Source of the DNA: an uncultured Gemmatimonadales bacterium
GTDB lineage: Bacteria; Gemmatimonadota; Gemmatimonadetes; Gemmatimonadales; GWC2-71-9
Direction of reading: 5' to 3'
DNA: 64,000 nucleotides
Assembly: GCA_963722825.1 (NCBI GenBank)
Contig: CAVROI010000002.1
Location: 634,463 to 698,462, forward strand
The notes beneath the pieces were generated by a model. That model ran no database searches. It saw only the letters and a list, made by a program, of their open reading frames with translations, and was not told the DNA's origin. Shown in pieces: positions 30,401 through 38,100 of this stretch. The translations under genes were made by a program, and so were the position numbers. How positions within the stretch are numbered: position 1 is the stretch's first letter; each line of letters begins with the position of its first letter.

Positions 30401-32366
30401 CGATGCCGACGCCCAGTTCGGCGACAGCATCCATTTGGCGACGAGGCTTCGGGGCACCGTCGCTGGCGACACGATCCGCGCCGCCTTGCAGCGTCTCGAT
30501 CTGAAAGAGGGGAGCCGGGCGTGGTCCCTCGATCGGACGGCCAAACTCGAGCTTGGGCCGCGCGTGCTGGTCGATCGACTCGCGCTCACCGCCGGGAATC
30601 GCCAGATCACCGCTGACGGGATATTCGATCTCAAGCATTCGAGCGATATCACCCTCGGGATCCAGGGGCTCGATCTCGACGCCTTCCGCTCGGCGGGTCT
30701 CATTCCCATTGGCGGGCAGCTCGACGGCAAGTTCCATCTCTCCGGGCGCGCCAGTGACCCCACCCTTCAGGGGAAAGCAGGTCTCGCCGTCATCGACCGG
30801 GACGGAAAAGTGGCGGGGCGGGTGGGGGCGAATCTCGACTGGAAGAGCACCGGACTCTTCATCGATGCCGAGGCGGCGCCCACTGCCGGCGGGCGGGTGA
30901 CGATCGCCGGAACGCTTCCCTACAAGCTCACCCTTGCTCCGGCCGATACCTCGGAGGCGTTCGGGGTCGATCGGGCCAGTGTGGATACCCTCGGCCTGCG
31001 CGTCCGCGCCGACAGTTTCAACCTCGCGCTGTTTCAGCCCCTCCTTCCGCCCGACGCCGCGACGGACCTCGCCGGCACCCTGACCGCAAATGCGGAAGTC
31101 GCCGGTAAGCTCGACGCCCCGCGCGCGAAGGGAACGATCGCGCTCGGCGGATTGAATCTCACGTTGCCGTCGCTCGGGGTGAGCTATCAGGGCGGCGAGC
31201 TCTCCGGCCGGGTCGAAGGCGAGGATCTTCGCATCGATCGCCTGCGACTGACGACCGGCAAGAAGGAAGTGCTTGACGGACAGGGGGTCATTCACCTTCG
31301 CCCGCTCACCGATCCCGGCGTCGAGCTTACGGCCACGCTCGACAACTTCCGCGTCTCCGACTCCCCTACGCTCAGGAGCTCCGCTTCCGGAAAGCTTCAG
31401 ATCACCGGTTCGGTGAACCGGCCGTCCGTGACCGGTGGGCTCAACCTCGGACCGACCGATGTCTTCGTCGGCGCCGAGGCCGCCGCGGCAAAGGTGGAGC
31501 GCGTGGAGCTCTCGGCCGAGGACATGAGGCGATTGGCGCGGGACTTCGGGCCGGCCGTCCTCGCCAGGACAACGGAAACACCAGGCCTGATGAGCCGGAT
31601 TCGCATGGACATCGAGCTGCGGCTCCCGCGCAGGGTGTGGATTCGCCGTCGCAAGTCGCCCGAGGCCGACATCGAGCTGGCCGGCAACATGCGACTCCGG
31701 CAGGAGCCCGGAGGTGACATGCAGTTCGTCGGCAAAGTCAGCCCGGTCCCTGGCCGGGGCACCCTCGATCTGTCGGGACGCACCTTCCGGCTCACCGGCG
31801 GAGAGATCGACCTGAACGGTCCCGTGGACTCCACGAGACTCGACGTGAGGGCCGAATATCAGGTTCCGACGCAGGGCAGTGGACAGGATGAAGGCGTGGT
31901 GATCACGGTTGCCGCCAAGGGACGGCTGGACAGCCTCGCGCTCGAATTCACGTCCGATCCCACGATGAGCCAGGAGGACGTGCTCTCCTACATCGTCACC
32001 GGTCACCCCGCGTCCGACAACGCATTGCTGGAGGGTGGAGGCCAGGGCACGTCGGGCAAACAGGTCGCCTTCGGCCAGCTCTCGCAGGCCATCTCGGGCG
32101 CGGCCGGCCGAAGCCTCGGGTTCGACGTGTTCCAGATCAAGCAGGACGGCACGAGTGGATTCAACCTGACCGCCGGCCGATACATCTCAGACCGCTTCTT
32201 CCTCAATCTCAAGCTGCCGCTCGGCAGCGGTTCGACGAGTACTCCCGGCGAGAACCTCGGACCGGGCTTCGAGCTGGAGTACGCGGCACGCAGGTGGCTT
32301 CGCGCGAATCTTCGCGGGGGGAGTCTGCCGTCGGGCATCTCGTTCCGTGGCCGGTATGCGTATTAG
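27429..32366 (+). CDS. tamB: translocation and assembly module protein TamB (DUF490 family)
   Basis: 1645 aa with an N-terminal anchor (MACLLMLVVAVVGLLQL), a long repetitive beta-rich body and a C-terminal DUF490-like end (GRYISDRFFLNLKLP...). An Omp85 partner follows directly. Confidence 0.85.
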   Translation: MPSPPPARRFRRTRIAMACLLMLVVAVVGLLQLPSVATWVVRRLAGLVPLNPGYRLEVARASGNWFGGLALQGVVLVSNGRELARVDRLTARYSIGELRGSPMHLREIDVEGVRATARRQGKTWDLAEALRKSTDTTGGEGFGVGVIEVSDAELAAQFSPDSLLRVRGLTARVRDLQVGDQVTAGVERLNLAVAPPASPVWFAVATRGEVSADFYHFDPIRIQTERTTVAGRVMLPRRFDDARLLERLDFRLEASPLALADIAPMVPSVARRGALELNARADARDNVVTAHLHAGIGKGTLALTGSTELDRGKARGLRLDGTVRRLDPSTLSSDGPAGSIDGTVRADLRGPLDSALGTADMRVTESRVGTTSLRRLDLHSDVARGRALVKLRGAADAGTLALDGWIRPFDSIPSYRFSGSATRIPGTAAVARTLAGAQSDSTLDVRFAVAGRGFAVEAADLTGRLDIAAVRQSGERLPVGRATISLGAGRLIAQPDLTVGGGRITALATAHLGDTVTYRVTNGTIAGVDLGRLLGDTLAAPLNGRFSLSGSGTTPGEVVGVADVRLDELRYGHRRVDSLAAVARLERGTAKVAMRGGIQGGRVVADLVARPFDSTASYTLNRVVADSVDLGSLMERAGPVLIHGTLKAALNGQRLTYEAAMNTNGGTIEVAGDGTPLAESPVFSVRKGRADSLDLGALLGRAGLHSDLNATFTATVAGAGDSSRTRVDLQLTPSSVNDASLTGGRLALAMERKELRGQLTLEGPDGRVGATAHGSMAKEATALHTEGTLLLEHLAKWIGRKGADGRIEGKFALDAKTDSAGLRSIGGTVDAIGGMGEARLLGAHLVLGAREGTIKVDTLEIRSNVAQLDGHGTVALRKGVPPGLLRIAGRVGDLAPLTSLIGDTVSMDSARVALNLKGPAYEWQFGGQGEAHSVVYAGTLMEKVALAASGTMDSTRLSGVRGELHVAGAALGKVSVPIFRAVARYDSVVALDADAQFGDSIHLATRLRGTVAGDTIRAALQRLDLKEGSRAWSLDRTAKLELGPRVLVDRLALTAGNRQITADGIFDLKHSSDITLGIQGLDLDAFRSAGLIPIGGQLDGKFHLSGRASDPTLQGKAGLAVIDRDGKVAGRVGANLDWKSTGLFIDAEAAPTAGGRVTIAGTLPYKLTLAPADTSEAFGVDRASVDTLGLRVRADSFNLALFQPLLPPDAATDLAGTLTANAEVAGKLDAPRAKGTIALGGLNLTLPSLGVSYQGGELSGRVEGEDLRIDRLRLTTGKKEVLDGQGVIHLRPLTDPGVELTATLDNFRVSDSPTLRSSASGKLQITGSVNRPSVTGGLNLGPTDVFVGAEAAAAKVERVELSAEDMRRLARDFGPAVLARTTETPGLMSRIRMDIELRLPRRVWIRRRKSPEADIELAGNMRLRQEPGGDMQFVGKVSPVPGRGTLDLSGRTFRLTGGEIDLNGPVDSTRLDVRAEYQVPTQGSGQDEGVVITVAAKGRLDSLALEFTSDPTMSQEDVLSYIVTGHPASDNALLEGGGQGTSGKQVAFGQLSQAISGAAGRSLGFDVFQIKQDGTSGFNLTAGRYISDRFFLNLKLPLGSGSTSTPGENLGPGFELEYAARRWLRANLRGGSLPSGISFRGRYAY

Positions 32367-34503
32367 CCGGTGGGCCCCGATTGCGCTGTCCCTGCTGGGC
32401 GCGACCCGGGCGCTCCCGGCACAGGAGTCGTTGACGCGGATCGGCTCCAAGACCGAGGTGCGCTCGATTTCCTTTGAGTTCGAGGATAAGAGCGGACTCC
32501 GCGAGGACGATCTCAGAAGTCGCATTTCTCTGACTCCGCGAGGCAGCCTGGCGGGTCTCCGGAATTTCTTCGGCTTTCTTCCCTTCGTCTCGCCGGTGGG
32601 CGCGCATCCCTTCGACCCGCTCGAGCTGCAGCGTGACGTCATCCGGCTCCGGAATCGGTACCACAACGCCGGATATCCGAGGGCACAGGTCCACTACGAC
32701 GTGCAGTACTACGCCAAGCCCGACGTCGTCGACGTGACCTTCGTCGTGAAAGAGGGTCCGCCCGTCGTGATCGATTCGATCCGATTCACCGGAGATCCCG
32801 ATCGGTTGACGATCCCGCCGGATGCGCGAAGGGACTGGGAGGAATTTCTGAAGCACGAAGGACAAACAAAGGGGCGACTCGGGCAGGACGAACGTCGGGC
32901 GCTTGCCGACACCACGACGCGCTGGTTTCGGGAGCACGGCTATCCCTTCGCCACGGCACGGACCATCGCGACCGTGGACACCTCCGCCAACACCGCCGAT
33001 GTGACGGTGCAGACTCGGACGGAGAACCGTGCCCGGATCCGGGCGATCGAGGTCACGGGCAACGAGACCGTGCCTGCTCGAGACTATATCCGCCAGCTTC
33101 CCCTCGGCCGGGGCGATTGGTACGACGGCAAGCTGCTCGAGCAGGGTCGCCAGCAACTGACGCAGATGGACATCGTGCGCCTGGCCCTGCTGGATGTCCC
33201 GCGCAATGAGGCCGACGATTCGAGTGTCGCCCTCCGGCTCAAGGTGACGGAAAATCCCCCGCATCTCATTCGTGGCGAAGTCGGGGTGCAGGCGGGCGGC
33301 GGTCTTTCCACTCAGACTGATTGGACCGATCGGAGCGTATTTGGCGGCCTCCGCACATTCACCGCCACGGCCACCGCTCAGACGGGCCTCCTGGCGCTCG
33401 AGAGCCCCTCGGAGCAGCTCTATCGGCTGAGCTTGACCCTGTTCCAACCGTATGTCGGCAACCGCAGTCTCTCCGCCGCGGGCGGGCCGTTCACCGAGTA
33501 CCGAAACGACATCCGGGATCGCTCACTTGCCGCGGGCCTGGAGGGTACACTGGCGTATTCGCCTGAGCCGTTGCGAGCGATTTCCCTGGGCTATGCCATC
33601 TCGTATCGCCGGATCTACAGTTACGGATTCGGGGAGAACCTCGACCCTATCCAATTTCTCCCGCTGCTCGGCCTGGCGCCCCCGGGGGCGGCCGGAGCAT
33701 TGGAGACGAGCAGGAATCGCAGCGCCCTCAGCCTCGAAGGGACCTACGGGCGCCTCGACCGGATTGCCAACCCGCGGCAGGGGTACGTAGTGCGCCCGCG
33801 CGTCGAGATCACCACTCCCTTCTTCAATACGAGCGAGTATCTGCTGCTCGACATGAGCGCGTCGGCCTTCGTGCCGCTCACCCAGAAAGTGGGGTTCACC
33901 TTCCGGGGTGGGGCGGGCCGGATCTTCCCGTACGGCAACAGTCTGACGGGCATCGGAAGCGAATCGCCATTCGTGTCGATGCTGCGGTTGCGGGACGTGA
34001 CTTTCACGGCCGGTGGAACCCGTGACGTGCGGGGGTGGGGAAGCCAGCTCGTCGGGCCCAAGCTTCCCGAAGTGCGGCTCGAGTCCCAGAATGGTGGCGT
34101 GGTCGACACGGTGGCCGACCGTTATGCGCCGGTGGGCGGGCTCGCGCGCCTGATCGGCAGTGCCGAATTGCAGCTGCCGATCCCCGGCTTCGGCGAAGCC
34201 TGGCGGGGGTTTCTCTTTCTCGATGCCGGCAAGATCTGGACGCCCGACAGTCGGTTCGCCCTGAACGCGGGAGAGCTGGACCAGGAAGACCTCTTCGCCG
34301 CTGCCGGCGTGGGATTCGGTTATCAGACCGCGGTGGGAGCGCTCGAGGTGGCCGTCGGGTACAAACTCAATCCCTCACCCCTCGATCTCCGCTCGCCCCA
34401 GGACGTGCTCGGGGCCCTTTCGCACGGCGACCCGATCGACCCACTGGCCACCAGCGGCCGGCGGCGCCTGCACCTCCACTTCTCGATCGGCTCCACTTTC
34501 TGA
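32347..34503 (+). CDS. Omp85/BamA-family outer-membrane protein (TamA-like)
   Basis: Signal peptide (WAPIALSLLGATRALPAQE), POTRA-like repeats, and a C-terminal beta-barrel ending ...LHLHFSIGSTF (aromatic terminus). The start is GTG 32347 or ATG 32356; both overlap the tamB end (stop 32364-32366). Confidence 0.85.
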   Translation: MAGMRISRWAPIALSLLGATRALPAQESLTRIGSKTEVRSISFEFEDKSGLREDDLRSRISLTPRGSLAGLRNFFGFLPFVSPVGAHPFDPLELQRDVIRLRNRYHNAGYPRAQVHYDVQYYAKPDVVDVTFVVKEGPPVVIDSIRFTGDPDRLTIPPDARRDWEEFLKHEGQTKGRLGQDERRALADTTTRWFREHGYPFATARTIATVDTSANTADVTVQTRTENRARIRAIEVTGNETVPARDYIRQLPLGRGDWYDGKLLEQGRQQLTQMDIVRLALLDVPRNEADDSSVALRLKVTENPPHLIRGEVGVQAGGGLSTQTDWTDRSVFGGLRTFTATATAQTGLLALESPSEQLYRLSLTLFQPYVGNRSLSAAGGPFTEYRNDIRDRSLAAGLEGTLAYSPEPLRAISLGYAISYRRIYSYGFGENLDPIQFLPLLGLAPPGAAGALETSRNRSALSLEGTYGRLDRIANPRQGYVVRPRVEITTPFFNTSEYLLLDMSASAFVPLTQKVGFTFRGGAGRIFPYGNSLTGIGSESPFVSMLRLRDVTFTAGGTRDVRGWGSQLVGPKLPEVRLESQNGGVVDTVADRYAPVGGLARLIGSAELQLPIPGFGEAWRGFLFLDAGKIWTPDSRFALNAGELDQEDLFAAAGVGFGYQTAVGALEVAVGYKLNPSPLDLRSPQDVLGALSHGDPIDPLATSGRRRLHLHFSIGSTF

Positions 34504-34554
34504 TATCGACGGTTGTCACCGCGGGCCCGCCGCCCTTAGCTTGGCACAATCCCG

Positions 34555-36396
34555 ATGAGTCCCCCAGAGCGCATCCGCACCGTCATCGTGGACGATCACG
34601 ACGACATCGGCCGCCACGCAGCGCGGCGGATCGTCGAGGTCATCCGGAACTCCGCGCTCATCGGCCGCCGCCCGGTACTCGGCCTCGCTACCGGCTCCAC
34701 TCCGATCGGCGCCTATCGCGAGCTGGTCCGCCTGCACCGCGAGGAGGGACTCAGCTTCGCCAATGTCATCACGTTCAATCTCGACGAGTATTACCCGATG
34801 GACCCGGGGAGCCTCCACTCCTACCACCGGTTCATGTGGGAGAATCTCTTCTCCCAGCTCGACATCCTTCCCGAGAACGTCCACATCCCCAGAGGCGATG
34901 TCCCGCGCGACCGGGTCGAGGCCGACTGCCGGCGCTATGAAGAGGCGATCACGGCGGCCGGCGGGATCGATCTTCAGCTCCTCGGCATCGGCCGTACCGG
35001 TCACATCGGCTTCAACGAGCCGGGCTCGGGGCTCGAGAGCCGCACCCGGCTCGTGACGCTCGATCTGGTGACGCGAAAGGACACGGCCGCTGATTTCTTC
35101 GGTGAGGACAATGTGCCGCGCGAGGCCATCACGATGGGGGTGGCGACCATTCTCGACGCGCGGGAGATTCTGATTCTCGCCACCGGAGAGCACAAGTCGG
35201 CGATCGTGCGCCGGGCCGTCGAGGGAGAAGTGGACCACGAGGTGGCCGCCACTTTCCTTCAGACCCACGCCGAGACCACGGCCTATCTCGATCGGGCCGC
35301 GGCCGCGGCGCTCACACGAGTCGCCACACCCTGGCTCCTCGGACCCGTCGAGTGGACGCCGGATCTCAAGGTGCGAGCGGTGGCGTGGCTCTCCCGCCAG
35401 ACCGGCAAGGCGATCCTCAAGCTGACCCAGGCGGACTACGCGGAGCACCGGCTCTCGTCCCTGGTGGCCCGCTCCGGCACTCCCGGAGCCTTGAACGGCG
35501 AGGTGTTCAACGCGCTCGGTGCCAAGATCCGGGGACGATCCAAGCTCCCGCGCGATCAGCGGATCATCTGCTTTTCGCCGCACCCCGACGACGACGTCAT
35601 CTCGATGGGCGGCATCCTTCACAAGCTGGTGGAGAACGGTAACGAGATCACCGTTGCGTACATGACCAGCGGCAATCTGGCCGTATTCGACCACGACGTG
35701 CGCCGTCATCTGGACTTCCTGAGACGGCTGGCGCGAGAGCGCCGCATCGGTACCGACGCCGTCGACCGGCTCGGCGCGAGGCTCGACGAGTTCCTCGCGC
35801 GGAAGCATCCAGGTGACGTGGATATCGAGGAGGTCCAGGATATCAAGCGCATGATCCGCGAGTCCGAGGCGGTGGCCGGTGTTCGCACCCTGGGCCTCGA
35901 TGATCGTGCCGCCCGATTCCTCGATCTGCCCTTCTATCAGACCGGCAAGGTCAAGAAGGATCCAGTCGGTCCGGCGGACGTGGCCATCGTGCGGGCCCTG
36001 CTCGAGGAGATCGAGCCGTCCATCATTTTCGTCGCGGGGGATCTCTCCGATCCGCATGGCACGCATCGGATGTGCAAGGAGGCCATCGACCGCGCCCTGG
36101 CCGAGCTGGTGTCGGCGGGCCACGAGCGGCCGGAGGTATGGCTGTATCGGGGCGCCTGGCAGGAATGGCCGGTGACGGAGGCCACCTATCTCGTGCCGCT
36201 GGCGCAGGAAGAACTGCGGCTCAAGGTCCAGGCGATCTTCAAGCACCAGTCACAGAAAGACACGGCGCCCTTCCCGGGCCCGGACGAGCGGGAGTTCTGG
36301 CAGCGGGTCGAGGCGCGGAACACGGGCACCGCCGCCGAGCTGGACCGCCTCGGACTCGCGGAATATTTCGCCATGGAAGCTTACGTGGTGGAGTAG
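34555..36396 (+). CDS. nagB: glucosamine-6-phosphate deaminase (NagB) fused to a PIG-L/LmbE-type deacetylase domain
   Basis: N-terminal NagB pattern (LGLATGSTP...FNLDEYYP...LLGIGRTGHIGFNEPGS). The C-terminal half has FSPHPDDDVISMGG and DPHGTH, characteristic of PIG-L/LmbE. Confidence 0.85.
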   Translation: MSPPERIRTVIVDDHDDIGRHAARRIVEVIRNSALIGRRPVLGLATGSTPIGAYRELVRLHREEGLSFANVITFNLDEYYPMDPGSLHSYHRFMWENLFSQLDILPENVHIPRGDVPRDRVEADCRRYEEAITAAGGIDLQLLGIGRTGHIGFNEPGSGLESRTRLVTLDLVTRKDTAADFFGEDNVPREAITMGVATILDAREILILATGEHKSAIVRRAVEGEVDHEVAATFLQTHAETTAYLDRAAAAALTRVATPWLLGPVEWTPDLKVRAVAWLSRQTGKAILKLTQADYAEHRLSSLVARSGTPGALNGEVFNALGAKIRGRSKLPRDQRIICFSPHPDDDVISMGGILHKLVENGNEITVAYMTSGNLAVFDHDVRRHLDFLRRLARERRIGTDAVDRLGARLDEFLARKHPGDVDIEEVQDIKRMIRESEAVAGVRTLGLDDRAARFLDLPFYQTGKVKKDPVGPADVAIVRALLEEIEPSIIFVAGDLSDPHGTHRMCKEAIDRALAELVSAGHERPEVWLYRGAWQEWPVTEATYLVPLAQEELRLKVQAIFKHQSQKDTAPFPGPDEREFWQRVEARNTGTAAELDRLGLAEYFAMEAYVVE

Positions 36397-37100
36397 CTCA
36401 TCACCTTGAGCATCTCGCCGGCCGCTCCCGGCCCGGTCTCCTTGCCCTCCTCGTGCTTGACGAAGACGTATGCCTCCGCCCACGGTTGCTCGCCGATTCG
36501 CCGCGCCCACGACTCCAGCTCCGCCTCGGTGTACGCCCCCCGCCGCATCCGGATGTAGCCCCACGAGGCCGTCGGTACCAGCGGAGCGCCGGGCCCTTCC
36601 TCCGCGTCCTCGTCCACCGCCACGAGCGCCACATTGCGGGCCCGAAGCGCGTCGTACACATCGTCCGCGAACCAGGTGGCATGCCTGAACTCCATCGCCG
36701 CGGTCCATTCCCGCGGGAGTCTGCCGAGAAACTCCTGGAGTCGACCGAGGTCCTTCTTGAGGCTGGGGGGGAGCTGGAACAGGGTCGGACCCCGACGGTC
36801 GCCCAGGACATTCGCGATCCGGAGGAAATAGTCGAGCGAATCGTCCGCGGCGGTCAGGCGATTGATGTGGGTGATGCGCCGAGAGGCCTTGAGCACGAAC
36901 CGGAACTCGGCCGGCACTTGCTCCGCCCACTGCATCAGCATGCGCTCGCTCGGCACCCGATAGAACGAGTTGTTGACTTCTACGGCCGGGAAGCGTCCGG
37001 CGTAGTACTGCAGCATACCATCCGCGGAGAGCTCAGACGGATAAAAGCTCCCCTTCCATTCCTTGTACGACCATCCGCTGGTGCCCACGAAGGCGCGCAT
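36381..37100 (-). CDS. DUF72 (YecE-like) family protein, paralog 2, co-operonic with ku
   Basis: VGTSGWSYKEWKGSFYP, YYAGRFPAVEVNNSFYR and GPTLFQLPPS. The ATG at 37100 lies 3 nt after the ku stop (37104-37106). Confidence 0.85.
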   Translation of the reverse strand: MRAFVGTSGWSYKEWKGSFYPSELSADGMLQYYAGRFPAVEVNNSFYRVPSERMLMQWAEQVPAEFRFVLKASRRITHINRLTAADDSLDYFLRIANVLGDRRGPTLFQLPPSLKKDLGRLQEFLGRLPREWTAAMEFRHATWFADDVYDALRARNVALVAVDEDAEEGPGAPLVPTASWGYIRMRRGAYTEAELESWARRIGEQPWAEAYVFVKHEEGKETGPGAAGEMLKVMSYSTT

Positions 37101-37103
37101 CGT

Positions 37104-37958
37104 CTACGAGGCCTTGCGGGCCCTCTTCTTGGCTGGCTTGGTGGTTTCGGAGGAGGATGACTTGGCGGACTTCTTCTCGGCGCCGCCCTTCTTGCCGAGG
37201 CTCGCCTTGAGTGCTTCCATCAGGTCGAGGATCTTCGTCTCCGGCTGTTCGCTGACCTCCGCCGTGATTTCCTGACCGTCGACCTTCTGCTGGATGGCGT
37301 CGAGCACGCGCTCCCGGACCGTGTCGCGATAGTTCTCCGGATGGAACTCGTCGGTAGCCGTCTGCTCGATGAGCTGCCGCGCCAGTGCCAGCTCGCCCTC
37401 CTTGACGGGCACGTCGGGGATCGGGACGTCTGCCGCGCTGCGAAGCTCCGCCTGATAGTGGAGCTGCTCCATCACGAGCACGCCGTCCATGGGGCGCACC
37501 AGCACCAGATACTGCTTGCCACGTGCGGAATACTGTCCCACCGCCGCGCGGCCGGTCTCTTCCAGCGCCTTGCTCAGCAGCCGGTAGGCCCGCTCGCCAC
37601 CCTTGTCCGGGCCGAGGAAGTAGGCCTTCTCGAGATAGAGACGGTCTACCTCGGAGAGAGGGACGAATTCGTTGACGTCGATGGTGTTAGTGGCCTTCTC
37701 GTCGAGCGCCTTCAATTCCTCCGGCGAGAAGACGACATATTGCCCCTTGGCGAACTCGTAGCCTTTCGCCATCTCGTCCCTCTCCACCACTTCCCCGTCC
37801 TTGGGGCAGATGTACTGCTGCTTCAGGCGAGTTCCGTCCTTCTTGTGCACCAAATTGAAGCTGATACTGGCGGCGGACTCGCTGGTGGAAAACAGGTTGA
37901 CTGGGACCGAGACCAGTCCGAAGGAAATCGTGGCGGAGGCCATCGAGCGGGCAGGCAT
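37104..37958 (-). CDS. ku: NHEJ DNA-end-binding protein Ku
   Basis: ATISFGLVSVPVNLFS..., KGYEFAKGQYVVFSPEEL and a basic Lys-rich C-terminal tail. The start is ATG 37958 or 37943. Confidence 0.9.
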   Translation of the reverse strand: MPARSMASATISFGLVSVPVNLFSTSESAASISFNLVHKKDGTRLKQQYICPKDGEVVERDEMAKGYEFAKGQYVVFSPEELKALDEKATNTIDVNEFVPLSEVDRLYLEKAYFLGPDKGGERAYRLLSKALEETGRAAVGQYSARGKQYLVLVRPMDGVLVMEQLHYQAELRSAADVPIPDVPVKEGELALARQLIEQTATDEFHPENYRDTVRERVLDAIQQKVDGQEITAEVSEQPETKILDLMEALKASLGKKGGAEKKSAKSSSSETTKPAKKRARKAS

Positions 37959-37997
37959 ACGATTGACAATAACGCGGGGAGGGCGTCACGCAAGCGA

Positions 37998-38062
37998 GTC
38001 GAGGGTCGAAGGTCCAAAGTCGAGGGTCGAGGGTCGAGAGTCGAACGTCGAGACCCTCGACC
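37998..38062. repeat. 8 tandem heptads (GTCGAGG-like) plus an inverted terminal copy, in the ku/ligD divergent intergenic region
   Basis: Read directly from the sequence, 37998-38053: GTCGAGG GTCGAAG GTCCAAA GTCGAGG GTCGAGG GTCGAGA GTCGAAC GTCGAGA. CCCTCGACC follows at 38054-38062 and is the complement of GGTCGAGGG. Confidence 0.9.
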
Positions 38063-38100
38063 TTAGACCCTGGACTCCGGACCCCCTAACTTTCACCCTC

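Noticed and set aside
29646-32006. 786-aa minus-strand ORF
   Set aside because: It lies entirely antisense to tamB, with low-complexity R/G/P/E composition.
34516-36246. 576-aa minus-strand ORF
   Set aside because: It is antisense to the NagB-LmbE gene, which has clear catalytic motifs.
37998-38062. Possible CRISPR-like array
   Set aside because: The period is only 7 bp, there are no spacers, and no cas genes are present. It is a microsatellite-type tandem repeat.
37801-38100. 100-codon N-terminal extension of the LigD ORF
   Set aside because: It reads through the ku 5' end (antisense) and the heptad repeat, giving ...SRVEGPKSRVEGRESNVE. The LigD PE domain begins right after the ATG at 38101.
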